DNA from: Eledone cirrhosa
Taxonomy: Eukaryota
Reading direction: 5' to 3'
NCBI GenBank assembly: GCA_964016885.1
Contig: OZ024749.1
Coordinates: 50,406,001 to 50,470,000 of the forward strand
Length of the DNA: 64,000 bases
Numbering within the stretch: the stretch's first letter is position 1; each line of letters begins with the position of its first letter. Positions 1-13,182 of the stretch are shown piece after piece. The notes beneath the pieces are model-generated. The model was given only the letters and a program-made list of their open reading frames with translations. It was not told the DNA's origin and ran no database searches. The position numbers were made by a program, and so were the translations under genes.

Positions 1-212
1 TTCTTTTTAATATAAATTTCGCCTTATTTTTGAGAGAGGGTTTATGTTTAATGCAGGTTTGACCCTAAGACTTCAACGTTCTACTATTTCCATTAATCAC
101 ATTGTCAGTTCTCATTGAAATGTTAATTTAAATGTCAGAGGTGATGCCTGGAAGTTCTTTTCAAATGCCTTTCTCTTTCATTTCTATGCGATTCTGAACT
201 ACCATCATTACC

Positions 213-401
213 GGTGGATTGGCAATATCGGTAGAGGGTCGGACACCATGCTTTGCAGCAAAGAGTTACGGCCCTTTATGGCCTGAATTCAAATCCAGCC
301 GAGGTTAACTTTGCCGTTCATCCTTACGGGGTCGATAAAATAAAGTACCAGTAATACACTGGGATAATTGCTGGCATTGTGCCAAAAGTAGAAACAATTA
401 T
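213..401 (+). mobile_element. tRNA-derived SINE, family 1 (Deu/Nin-like core)
   Basis: A/B-box-like head (TGGCAATATCGGTAGAG...GAATTCAAATCC), core AACTTTGCC.TTCATCCTTACGGGGTCGATAAAATAAAGTACCAG and tail GTGCCAAAAGTAGAAACAATTAT. More than 10 copies occur in the window. Confidence 0.9.
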
Positions 402-483
402 ATATGAAGAAAAGTTACATTAATGTATCTTCGAAATACCCGATGAACACACATATATATATATATATAAATGTACGTACGTG

Positions 484-520
<37 letters not shown>

Positions 521-609
521 TGATATACTTGGGGAGGGTCATATTGTTGGATTAATATTGCCAGAATTAATAACAGAACACACTCACTGTTTGGTTGGTT
601 TTCGCTTCG

Positions 610-1032
610 GTAGAAAAGACAGGAACCACCATAAACTCCCTGATCACCAAAACATACCCTTTCATGAAAACCCACTGTACTAATAGGAAATGTATTATAT
701 GTAAAGTAACCCCCCGGATAAACTGTAAAACTAGACACGTAGTCTATAGCATGAAATGTACAGAGGGTATTTGCAGAAACATAACATCAACATACATAGG
801 CGAGATACCTTGTTGCATAGGTGAAAGGATAGACCAACACAGGGCGGAACTAAAAGGAAAGAAAAACCGGTTCAGTACTATACGAACACGCCAGACAACA
901 ACATGACGGTAACATAGACAACATAGAAATTAAAATAATATCTAAACATAGAAATGACCCAGCAGTTAGGCAAATCAGAGAGGCCAGTGAAATAGAACTT
1001 AGAAGGCCAAAGCTAAACAGAAAATATGAATG
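610..1032 (+). pseudogene. GIY-YIG endonuclease domain of PLE (frameshifted)
   Basis: Cys-rich linker, VVY..C and YIGE motifs, R...H, and E...LN C-terminal motifs. Frameshift near 860-880. Confidence 0.85.
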
Positions 1033-1306
1033 AAATGACAACAATACCCAAACAAACAATACTGACCTAAGAGAAATATAAATAAATAAATAAATAAATA
1101 TATACAACAAACACATATAAACACACAATAGTAAACTAAGATAGAATACGATAACCAAAACATAGTCACCCAAACGCGAACACACATCAAACACTATACA
1201 AACACGCAAACGCATGCGCAGCGAAGAAGACAAAAATAAATAAATAAATAAACAGATTAAATAAAGATGGCGTTGACATACAATACAACAGGAGGAAACA
1301 TAATAG

Positions 1307-1350
1307 TACCACTGACGATGTTGCAGATGTGCAACGAAAGAACTTTGTTA
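1307..1350 (+). ncRNA. Minimal type-I hammerhead ribozyme
   Basis: UACCA-CUGACGA-U-GUUGCA(GAUG)UGCAAC-GAAA-GAAC-UU-UGUUA. Helix II is 6 bp and helix I has one mismatch. Confidence 0.7.
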
Positions 1351-1605
1351 GACTATATATATGTGTTTGTATCTATATTATATCTCTATTTTTGACCGTT
1401 GGTCAGTCAATGGTAAACATTGAGGACCGAATAAATTAACTGATATAAAAGATACAGAAGCGAAGACCAACCAAACAGTGAGTGTGTTCTGATATTAATT
1501 CTGGCAATATTATTCCAACAATATGACCTTCCCCAAGTATAACAATATTTGTTTCGACACACGATTTCATATCAAAAACCTCGCAAGACAAATATATATA
1601 TATAC

Positions 1606-1703
1606 TTATTAAAATAACAGATTAAAGTTTAAGCAAAGAATCGCTGATGATTTCTAAAGAATGAAACAGTTCTAGTCCTGTAGAATCTCATCTATATTAA
1701 AAG
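1606..1703. mobile_element. Chimeric head-to-head pLTR fragments of two PLE-type families, with HHR core at 1644
   Basis: The left part is the reverse complement of ~11285-11325. The right part matches 33461-33519 (CTGATGATTTCTAA.GAATGAAACAGTTCTAGTCCTGTAGAATC). Confidence 0.7.
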
Positions 1704-1704
<1 letters not shown>

Positions 1705-1744
<40 letters not shown>

Positions 1745-1891
1745 ATTTATATATATGTATATATATATATTTGTATGTATATATATATATTTGTATGTAT
1801 ATATATATATTTGTATGTATATATATATATTTGTATATATATATATATTTGTATGTATATATATATATATGTATATATATTTATATATATG

Positions 1892-1942
<51 letters not shown>

Positions 1943-2007
1943 TTATATATATATGTATATATATATGTCTATATATATATATGTATATGTATATATATGT
2001 ATATGTC

Positions 2008-2054
<47 letters not shown>

Positions 2055-2133
2055 GTATATGTATATGTATATATATATGTATATGTATATGTATATGTAT
2101 ATATATATGTATATGTATATGTATATATATATG

Positions 2134-2180
<47 letters not shown>

Positions 2181-2253
2181 GTGTATATATATATATGTGT
2201 ATATATATATATGTGTATATATATATATATATATATACGTATACACACACAGG

Positions 2254-2295
<42 letters not shown>

Positions 2296-2314
2296 TACGT
2301 ATACACACACACGC

Positions 2315-2361
<47 letters not shown>

Positions 2362-2422
2362 ATATGTATGTATGTATGTATGTATGTATATATATATACA
2401 CACCCACGCATATATATATATA
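1705..2422. repeat. (TA)n/(TATG)n microsatellite
   Basis: Directly visible; source of the spurious Y/I ORFs. Confidence 0.97.
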
Positions 2423-3566
2423 TTCGATTCTGGAATTGTTTTGAAGGATATTCAATACATAAAACAAAATTTGTATTGCTATATTTCAATATTTGAACAA
2501 TTGCACATATGTGAAAATTAAACATAAACTATAAATCAACTATATGAAAATACAATATATAAATGCCTATAATACTTGCAATATTATTTTAATAAATGGA
2601 GGAAAACAGTCTAAATTTATTTACATTTTCTGTGACTTTAAGGTGAAATGATTATTCTCATTAATTTTGAAATTCCAAGGAGCTTATTCAAAATAGATTA
2701 TTCTGTCTGAAACGAATGTGATAAAAATATTTCAAATGTCTATTCTTTAATTAGAGAATATCTCCCGATTCTTCGGAGGATTATTTATGATTCCGATGTA
2801 GTTACTTTCACAATAAGCTGACCTCGACATGTTTATATATCTTACGTATTTAATTAATTTGGTTCTATAAATCTCAAAAGCCCGGCACTGGTTTATAGAT
2901 TCCCGACGGAAAAATCTATTTCACTACAATACCATGGTATATGCGACCTTTGTCAGGTTTCAGGTTAGACTGAATATAGCCCATTATACCCCTCGAAACG
3001 TATTCCAATTGTGTGACAAAGAAATGAGCTTTTAGCTTGCTGTGTTGATGTAAGTGTTCCTTCTCTGGTCAGTTCTGTTTGGATCAAACCATTAAACATT
3101 GCATTTACAAGCGCCGCAAGCCGGTCTGTCCATCCCGGAAGAGAATATGTCATTTATAGATCTATACATGCGATTACAGGCGATAAGAGTTGTTTTCGAA
3201 ATTTTGCTATACGGCATTAACGAAGCATTTAAATGTTACCTAACATGCGAAGCAGTCCAACGTGTATAATTAATTACAGTACTTTGATTTTAAATCCAAC
3301 AACCGTTTAAATATGGCATCTAAATCTCTCATGATTAATGCAAACATGGCTGTATTTAAATTGAAATATATAGAAGAATAGAAATCTTAGTAGATATGAA
3401 ACACTCGGCAACCATTTCAGCTACCATTGCTAGCAATTCAACAAGTAAATAAATGCAGTAATTCTTAATATCCCCTTCTCATCATTTCATTATTTGTTCA
3501 TCTGCATCAATGATAGCATGATCGTTTCAATAATCTCAGCAGAATAAGCAGTTAGTATACACAACA

Positions 3567-3636
<70 letters not shown>

Positions 3637-3781
3637 AACGACACAGAAGCGAAAAGCGAAAACCAACCAAACAGTGTGTGTGTTCTGCTATTAATTCTGG
3701 CAATATTACACAAATATGACCCTCCCCAAGTATAACAATATTTGTTTCGACACACGATTTCATTTCAAAAACCTCGCAAAA
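3637..3781 (+). mobile_element. Solo 3' pLTR end of PLE family A
   Basis: Matches 1455-1590 (CCAACCAAACAGTG.GTGTGTTCTG...CCCCAAGTATAACAATATTTGTTTCGACACACG) and directly follows (TA)n. Confidence 0.8.
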
Positions 3782-5052
3782 CTAATTCATCGCCGTTGTA
3801 TATTTATATATATATCGAGGTATCTACAGTAAGGCAGATACGAATTGACTTATTTGGGTGATCCCAAAGAGCTCGATGTTACGAAAATGTAATACATTAT
3901 GTTTTGTCCAGAGTAAGCACAGGGTTAAAATAGTGTGGCACCATGAATATACCGATCAGATGTATGATGTCATGTTGTATAGCCACAACAACGATAAATA
4001 CAAACGTGTAGCAGACTATATTTATTGCGTGTATTATGTCGAAGATAGATATAATCCGTGTATACTGTCAATATTTGAATCTATCTTATATCAAATTGTT
4101 TTCTTTTCCTTCATCAAAAATTCTCGAGGGATAATCAACAGGGATATATTTTACCAAAACATTACAATCTCTCAGTAAAAGTTTCGTTTCGTTTCTTACT
4201 TTGTCTTTAATTTTTACTATTCTCTGTAAATATCCTTCTCATAAGATATTTGATTATGAATAGTTATCCAAGGATGACATAAAAGAACATAGTAAAATGG
4301 AAGGTGGGAAATCGTTAACGTTATCATTAAATGACAATTTCCCTCGATTTTTGTTTTGTTTCTGCTAGTTCAATACAGCGTTTATCTTATTATTCCTGAA
4401 GATATTTTATTAAATTCTTATCGTAAGCAGTAAAATAATGATCTCTCCAAATTGTACAAAGAATTGTTTGCATTGATGTGTAAAGGAATCTGACTATTAA
4501 GAGACGAAATCAAATTATAGATGTTGATCTATTGACCAATGGCGTGACTCGTTTAGTGAATGTTATTAGTAATGAACTAACAGACGTCAGAGGAAAGTCT
4601 TCATGATGAAAGAGATTTTGTCGGCTGCAACACAGTATAACTAGTAATTTTTCAATTAAGCTAGTAAATTAGGTGATAAGGACGTTGTGAAACAAAAAAA
4701 AATTTTGAAACGGTTAAAATATATTCTGCGACAACTAATATGAACCATCCATACATGTTGCAGCATTGATATGTAAGGTCCTAGACATATGGTCTCTTTT
4801 GTCTTATGGGTAATGTGAATGCACGCAGGATTACATAAGTATCTTATATTGGCACATATTCCGATGTTATTACTTTTAGGAAGGACTCTGCGACAGCGTA
4901 CTGCTAGAACAATGATATATGATATGTACAAACAATGTGAAATCAATAAAGAATCCCCTCTCAAGGAAGCCTCTGATCAATATGATCATCGAACACATGA
5001 TGACATCTGGAAGCATTTTAGGTTGACAATTATAGGTATTTTTAAGAATAGG

Positions 5053-5104
<52 letters not shown>

Positions 5105-5107
<3 letters not shown>

Positions 5108-5233
5108 AAAAAGTATGACCCCGACGGCAGAGGTATTACCCACTCTACTATCCTATTACCCACTCTACTACCCTAAGTATTGAGGACTCTGGTACGTTAT
5201 GGTCCAGCTGGTTCCTTACCACAACTCGTTAGT
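5105..5233 (+). mobile_element. Short TA-embedded repeat family (also 50316-50462 and 55046-55223)
   Basis: Shares TATTACCCACTCTACTA.CCTAAGTATTGAG...TTATGGTCCA.CTGGTTCCTTACCACA. (TA)n lies on both sides. Confidence 0.75.
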
Positions 5234-5483
5234 TTTATATATATATATATATATTTATATATCTATATCCAAAATTAAGATAATCAAAATTACGGGTGTC
5301 ATGCCAGAAAGACACAGTATATATATATATATATATATATATATACAAGAAAGATGAACAGACCTTCTTCAACACTAAATTTTTAATTTTTAATTCTTTT
5401 TAATTGATAAGATGGACTAAACCGATACATCGACACCGGTTGTATTTTATATATCTTATATACATTATAAAACTCCTTTTTTC

Positions 5484-5676
5484 AATAATTGTTTCTACTT
5501 TTGGCTCACGGCCAGCATTTATCCAAGTGTATTACTGGTACTTTATTTTATCGACCCCATATGGATAAAAGTCAAAGTTAACCTCGTCGGGATTTGAACT
5601 CAGACCATAAAGGGCCGTAACTCTTTGCTGCAAAGTATGACGTCCGACCCTCTACCGATACTGCCAATCCACCGCT
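5484..5676 (-). mobile_element. SINE family 1 with 12-bp TSD
   Basis: Full-length reverse copy. TTTTTCAATAAT is duplicated at 5478-5489 and 5679-5690. Confidence 0.9.
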
Positions 5677-5799
5677 CATTTTTCAATAATATCATTTGAC
5701 GGATCAAAGAAGAAAAAAAGAAAAACATATTTTAAATATATTTTCCAATTCCACTTTTCCTCTACAAGCTCTGTTTTATACAGAACCATACTCCCTTTT

Positions 5800-5842
<43 letters not shown>

Positions 5843-7730
5843 TATAGAGACCCTGTATTAAATTGCACACAAACCTTATTGAGACCCTGTATATTGTTTT
5901 CATTACAAGCAAGCCCACGTACACGCAAGCGAACACATTCATATGGGTAGGGGTCGGTGTTTATACTTTTGAGTTTTACATGCATGACTGAATGTTACTG
6001 TGCGTATACGTGGATAAGCATTTAAATGTATTTCAGTAGGGCTAATTAACTCGGTGAGAATTTAATTTACCGCTGATAGTTATACTTGAATTATCTTCAA
6101 TAAACACAAATTAATTATGAAAATAGAAATTTTAAATCGGTTAGAAAACATTCAGAATGTACTTTACATATATTTAATTTTTATTGATTATTCTATTTTA
6201 TTTAATGCGACAATCATGGGGAAAGTAACAATGTTGTTTTTATATTTATATCGCAATGAGAAAGTAGCGCGACCAGTTTTTTCCATTTTGCCTTTAACTT
6301 TTTTGAAATAGACAAATAGCCAAACAGATAAAGAAACGTTTATATGAATTCATAATAATACACAAGACTGTAATTTATCTTCATCACCAAAATATATTTA
6401 TGTAATTATTTCCAAAAAATTTCCCAAAGGAATTAGAGTTATTTTAAAACACCCTGAAAATGTATATTTAACAAGAATATTCCATTGTAAATAATTAAGT
6501 TTACTCTATATTTAACTGATAACATAATTTGTTTCATGGAGTTGTGTGTATTCTAATTTGAGAACGAAATTAATAACATATGCTAGACAAAGTGTAATGT
6601 TTAGAGGGAAATATATTGTTAATCAAAAATTAGATTTTAAGTTATTACAGCGGCATCCGAACAATTATTAAAATTATAGTTGTTTTCATCGACACACACA
6701 TTATATTATCAATATTGACTATACACCATCTCTAAAATTTGTATTTAAATGCCATGAAAAATCTAGAAGCAGCAAAAGCAGAAGCTATAATGATCTACAA
6801 GCTGTGTTATCTGTCTCGTCTGTGCTATATATCTCATATCTTTTAAAATTTCATAACATCTAAATAAATATTTGACTGTTTTCATATTTAGGTAACTGAA
6901 TTTACACGATGACCCCAAATAAACTTGATTTTAAAACAATTTACTGGAATGGGTTTATTTCTTTCACGACTATCTTACATGAAATTGAAACGAAGTCGAC
7001 AATTGACAGTTCTGACTCTATTCCTTGTAATGATTTGTGGCTAACAACTAAACGAATATATTAGATGAGTCAACTGTTGAAAGATTTCGACTCAAAGAAA
7101 GGATAGCTAAATTTCCCATAAATGTTATGTCATAAATTAGGGTACAATATATTCAACATTAACCTCCACACATTGTATGTGTCTTAAGTTATATTTATTT
7201 ATATCTCTGTCTTACGTTATATTTATTTATATATCTGTCTTTCATAGTCAAACGAATATACACAACCACATAGTCACATCGATACCGTCTGTTTGCAAAA
7301 CGAAATACATATTTTACATAGCAGTTAGTGGCAGTAGTTTAATCGAATATCATTCTATATTGAGTACACCAGTTATCAACGTCTTTCCAGCTGTAGCCAT
7401 TGCAATTCTTCATTCCAAGTACCCCCACGGCTGAACCGCATCTCCACATCTGTATCTGTGTGTGCCTTCCATCGAATTAAATATTATTCGAATCGAAACA
7501 CCGCATGCGAGAGGCATGTAAGTCTCTATCGACATAATTCAGGTGTACCTTCGGCTCCATTACAAATAGGCACACTATTTCAAATAAACTGTTTATATTC
7601 GACTCAAAATGATAAGAAGTTGGATAACTGGCAATTACTGTTTGTAGGATTATGGGTCTGCCTCTTAGAACTTAGGGATATTACATCCAAATGAACAATA
7701 TAGATAATTCGATATAAATGATTTATATTG

Positions 7731-7766
<36 letters not shown>

Positions 7767-7809
7767 ATAATTGTTTCTACTTTTGGCACAAGCCCAGCAA
7801 TATATATAT

Positions 7810-7872
7810 AGTAATAATAATAAATTTGAAGACTAAAATCCAAAGAGGGCTTAAACTTTAATCTGTTATTTA
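7810..7872. mobile_element. Miniature two-arm pLTR fragment (family of 8166-8275, 11148-11328 and 51190-51245)
   Basis: TAGTAATAATAATAAATT...GACTAAAATCCAAAGAGGGC is joined to GCTTAAACTTTAATCTGTTATTT. Confidence 0.6.
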
Positions 7873-7899
7873 TATATATATATATTATATATATATATA

Positions 7900-8107
7900 A
7901 AGTATGTATGTATGTATACGTACATACATATATGTATACAGACGTACAGTAGTATGTATATATATGTGTGCATGCATGTATGTATATATATACATACTAC
8001 TGTACGTCAGTATACATATATGTATGTATGTATACATATATACATACTTACATTTAAGTGAGTGCCGTACTAAGAGTGAGAAATGAAATTTCGTTTCACT
8101 CTATTCC

Positions 8108-8109
<2 letters not shown>
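7900..8109. mobile_element. Miniature palindromic copy of the 25.9-26.75 kb HHR family
   Basis: Arms AAGTATGT...CAGACGTACAGTAGTATG and CATACTACTGTACGTC...CATACTT are centred on TGCATGCA. They are followed by CCGTACTAAGAGTGAGAAATGAAATTTC. Confidence 0.75.
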
Positions 8110-8163
<54 letters not shown>

Positions 8164-8165
8164 TT

Positions 8166-8269
8166 ATTAAAATAACAGATTAAATATTTGCTCTACGGTT
8201 CTTATATATTTGATATATATTTTCCTTATCGAGCCCTCTTTGGATTTTAGTCTTCAATTTTATTATTAT

Positions 8270-8275
<6 letters not shown>
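8166..8275. mobile_element. pLTR-end fragment in a TA tract
   Basis: Reverse complement of 11148-11240, plus AAAATAACAGATTAAA. Confidence 0.65.
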
Positions 8276-8311
<36 letters not shown>

Positions 8312-9364
8312 GATAACAATTTACCGTTTTAGGTAATCCAGTTAGAGGTTGTGAGTACTCTGTATTGTGGATAGTTTTAAGGTACGGCGTTGAATGACTA
8401 ACACATATATATATAACTAGAATGATGTGGTTGAACATATGCAAGGCATTTCTACTCTTAACCTAGTCCTGAATTAGATTCAGCGTCTCACAGAATGTAA
8501 TAAATCGGATCCTTCGAAGTCTCTATATTGAAGTAGAAGAGTTACTCAAAATATATAGTTGTTTTTTTATTATTGAACAACGACATAATAAGTTTGCAAC
8601 ACTCAGATTATCCTTAAAGTTTCAAGCTGATTGCAAATCACAGGTCAAGTGAAATAAGATCATTTTCATATGATTCAAAGATCCACTCAAGGCAACCACC
8701 ATAAACGGTTACAGTAAACTTAATAATCTCTCTTCTCACAGGGATATATTCAACGCTATTGTGACATGGGCTTGCTAGAAGCAGTGTAGGAGCAGTCAGT
8801 ACTAGGAGCAATATATAATATAAATGGAAAGCAAATTAAAAAGCAATTTATGACTATAAATAAGAGATACAATAATTCTTCCACAGTTTTTGTTTTCTGA
8901 GAAAGTAAAAAAAAATATCTATAATTCTAAGTATATTAGCTGATAATATCGATAACTTAGATGGTTTTCTTTTTTATATATATATATATAAATTATTTTT
9001 CGTGAATCTCAATGGAGAATTACTAATGCGGAATGTCTTCCGAAAACATTAACGGGATATTATATGAAAAAATAATTTTACGTAAAATCCGCTGCATCGA
9101 ATGTACTCTATCACCGATCCTGGCAGCTGTGTTGAACGATTGGTATTTGTATTGATAATTCTTTGATCTTGGACTATTGAAATGACATTTGATGGTAGTT
9201 GAGTAAATGGTAAATAAGCAATAGTAATATAGGATATAATGTATATTCATTTCCTTTTGCACTCTTCAAACATAATTGTGCATATATTAATATATTACAT
9301 AATTATGTATGAATGTTTATCTTTTATATGCCTTTGTTCACACGTATATATAATCAGTAGAAGA

Positions 9365-9373
9365 ATATATATA

Positions 9374-9428
<55 letters not shown>

Positions 9429-9571
9429 TTATATATATGTATATATTTATATATATATATATTTATATATTTATATATATATATTTATATATATATTTAT
9501 ATATTTATATATATATTTATATATTTATATATATATATATATTTATATAATTATATATATATTTATATATT

Positions 9572-9602
<31 letters not shown>

Positions 9603-9651
9603 ATATATATATTTATATATTTATATATATATATATTTATATATATATATT

Positions 9652-9721
<70 letters not shown>

Positions 9722-10039
9722 TTATATATATGTAGGAGGTGAGTTTTATTGTAGTACAATAAAGCAATGCAGATATCGGATAAGTAGCACTCTACAATTT
9801 GTAGGACTGGAGTATAAATAATATATAAGATAAAAAGATGGATAAAAGAGTTCCGTGTATTTTATTATCCGCATTTCAAAAACAAATATCATCATGCGAT
9901 AACATTTGCGTTTTCGTCAGATAAAATAGGGAGACATGATATGAAGGTTAACATATATTAATATATTTATAAATATATATATATATTTATAAATATATAT
10001 ATATATTTATAAATATATATATATATTTATATATATATT

Positions 10040-10074
<35 letters not shown>

Positions 10075-10131
10075 ATTTATATATATATTTATATATTTAT
10101 ATGTATATATATATAATTATATATTTATATG

Positions 10132-10174
<43 letters not shown>
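9365..10174. repeat. (TA)n/(TATT)n microsatellite blocks (unique spacer 9733-9955)
   Basis: Directly visible. Confidence 0.9.
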
Positions 10175-10176
<2 letters not shown>

Positions 10177-10472
10177 CGTTTCTGAATTTGTTTAGCAAGA
10201 TCCTTTATCTGAAAACGTGTGTTGAAACCGATATTGTTATTCTTTGGGAGGCTCATGTTGCCAATAAGTAACACACTCACCAGTTGCTATTACTTCAATT
10301 TATTAGAATAAATTTATATATTTAGGAATTTATAAATTTCCGGTTGGTTGGTTGGTTCAACAACCAGATGGTTGTTTATATATTGTCAAAGTTCTTTCGT
10401 CCCCTCTTCAGTGACTGGGGATTCCTTTCTTTGTTTTTGTGGCTCTCCTTTGTTCTGTCCTACGCCATCTTG
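10175..10472 (-). mobile_element. Solo pLTR of PLE family B; HHR with deleted helix II at 10385-10415
   Basis: Matches 61790-62000 and the reverse complement of 62670-62807. The minus strand reads GUCA-CUGAAGA-GGGGAC-GAAA-GAACUU-UGAC. (TA)n lies on both sides. Confidence 0.8.
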
Positions 10473-11147
10473 ATATATATATATATATATATATATATAG
10501 ATATATATAGAGGATAGATAGATATATATAGATATAGATATATATAGAGATAGATAGATATCTATATATATATCTATATATATAGATATATATATAGATA
10601 TATATATAGATATATATATAGATATATATATAGATATATAGATATATATATAGATATATAGATATAGATATATATAGATATAGATATAGATAGATATATA
10701 GATATAGATAGATATATAGATATAGATATATAGATATAGATATATATAGATAGATATAGATATATATATATAGATAGATATAGATATCTATATCTATATC
10801 TATATATATCTATAGATATATAGATATATAGATATAGATATATAGATATATATATATATATAGATATAGATATATATTATAGATATATATATATATATAT
10901 ATATTATAGATATAGATATATATTATAGATATAAATATATATTATAGATATAGATATATATATATATAGATATAGATATATATATATATAGATATAGATA
11001 TAAATATATATTATAGATATAGATATATATATATATATATAGATATAGATATAGATAGATATAGATATAGATATAGATATATATAGATAGATATAGATAT
11101 ATATAGATATATATTGTTATACTTGGGGATAGATATATAGATATATA
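10473..11147. repeat. (TAGA)n/(TA)n microsatellite
   Basis: Directly visible. It includes a 19-bp family A pLTR tip at 11112-11130. Confidence 0.95.
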
Positions 11148-11328
11148 TAGTAATAATAATAAATTAGACTAAAATCCAAAGATGGCTCGATAAGGATAAA
11201 TATATATCAAATATATAAGAACCGTAGAGCAAATATTTATTAAAAGAATCGCTGCTTTCACAGAAGATCCCGTTAAGGGTGAAAGCAGCGATTCTTTGCT
11301 TAAAATTTAATCTGTTATTTTAATAAAT
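11148..11328. mobile_element. Fold-back pLTR-type element with internal 19-bp hairpin
   Basis: AAAGAATCGCTGCTTTCAC-17 nt-GTGAAAGCAGCGATTCTTT. The family is shared with 1606, 7810, 8166 and 51190. Confidence 0.7.
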
Positions 11329-11392
11329 ATATATATATATAGATAGATAGATATATAATATATATATATAGATATATAGATATCTCTATATC

Positions 11393-11505
11393 TAAGGCGG
11401 GTAAAATTCCCGAGATCCATGGACGAGTTCTCTCCAGCGGTCTCTGTCCCTCATTATCACTGCCATGTCCTGCATCTCCAACAGACCAGTGTCTGTCCTT
11501 AGGGC

Positions 11506-11506
<1 letters not shown>
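11393..11506 (-). mobile_element. 3' tip of an RTE-clade LINE
   Basis: The minus frame reads [36 protein letters not shown], resembling the RTE C-terminal 'DR..WR' motif. It sits in TA/TAGA. Confidence 0.65.
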
Positions 11507-11554
<48 letters not shown>

Positions 11555-11560
11555 CACATA

Positions 11561-11802
<242 letters not shown>

Positions 11803-11828
11803 TATATATATATATATATATATATACA

Positions 11829-11866
<38 letters not shown>

Positions 11867-12654
11867 TACATATATACTTTATTCAGTCCAAAATATGAGG
11901 AGAAACTAAGCGGAAATATAATCCTGAAAGTAAATGAAAAACTGGCGAAAATATATCGAAGAATTGAAATGAATACCAATTGTATAATCGAATCACGAGT
12001 TTCTATCTGAGGGGGAAAATAACTACTTTCAGAATTATTTTCTCTGAATATTTAGGATAATCTCGAAGATTTTGTAGATTATTTCACCGAATTCTCTGCA
12101 GAGTCTGAATAATGAACGACTTCTTAAGGAAATAATAAAGAAATATTCTGACAAAAAAAGCAACAAATCATATAAAAAAAATAAGTTGGATGAAGAAACT
12201 ACAAGAGTGGACATACTCTATCAATAATTCCTAGCAGATATATTGAACGCTGTTTTATATTATTGTTGACAATTCTTTGATCTTGGTCTATTCAAATGAC
12301 CTTTGATGGTAGTTGAGTTAATGGTAAATAACCAATAGTAATATAGTATATAATATAAATTCATCTTCTTGTGGACACTCCAAAATATATAGTATTCAAA
12401 CAAAGAAAACATCACTGTGCATATATGAATATTTTGAGCGGATGTATATCAATATGTGTCTAATATCTGTTTTACACATACCTACGTATATATGATCATT
12501 AATTATTATCTTTTTTTTTTTTTTTTCAAATCAGAGGGCTGCGACTTAAAAGCGTACAAGCAAGTTGAGACATGAATATATGCATATATTTGTATTTAAA
12601 GATATAATATCATACATAAATACGTTTCCATGTGAACTATGACTAATAATGACA

Positions 12655-13182
12655 ATAATGGTTTCTGATTCATCACAATGACCAACATTTTGGAGGGAAG
12701 GGAACGCCGAATAAATCGACAACCGTGCCTTACTGGTATTTTATTCTATCGACCCTGTAAGGTTGACAAGCAAATCTAATCCCGGCGATGATAATGATAA
12801 TAATATTGGTTTCTGATTTAATCACAAGGCCAACAATATGAGTGGCTGGGTAAATCGATTAATCGTCCTCAATGCATTACTGGTACTATATTTTGTCGAT
12901 ACCGTAAGAATAAAAGGCAAAGCTCTCCTCAGCGGGATTTGAACTCAGCATGTTCTTCTACGCCCTATCTCTATTGCTAATCCACCTCCCTTAATGATTT
13001 ATGATTTACACACACGGCCACAATTTAGTGTGTGTGTGGGGGGGGGTCGATTAAATGAACCATAGTAAGTTACGGTGCTTTGTTTTCGACCTTGTAAGGA
13101 TGAAAGGCAAATCTACCCTCGCCGTGACATGAATTCAGAACGTTACTATATGCCTCAAAGCATGTTGTCTGACGCTCTGCCG
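12655..13182 (-). mobile_element. Three tandem diverged SINE family 1 variants
   Basis: Three repeats of TTACTGGTA...TCGAC.C.GTAAG...AGGCAAA, at ~12655-12790, 12805-12992 and 13003-13182. Confidence 0.75.

Larger units (their letters stand above)
519..1591 (+). mobile_element. 5'-truncated Penelope-like element (family A): GIY-YIG remnant, 3' pLTR with hammerhead, inverted 5' pLTR arm
   Basis: 519-609 is the reverse complement of ~1456-1548. It encodes CTNRKCIIC...NCKTRHVVYSMKC...YIGE...ERIDQH and, after a frameshift, RQIREASEIELRRPKLNRKYE. It is flanked by (TA)n. Confidence 0.88.
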
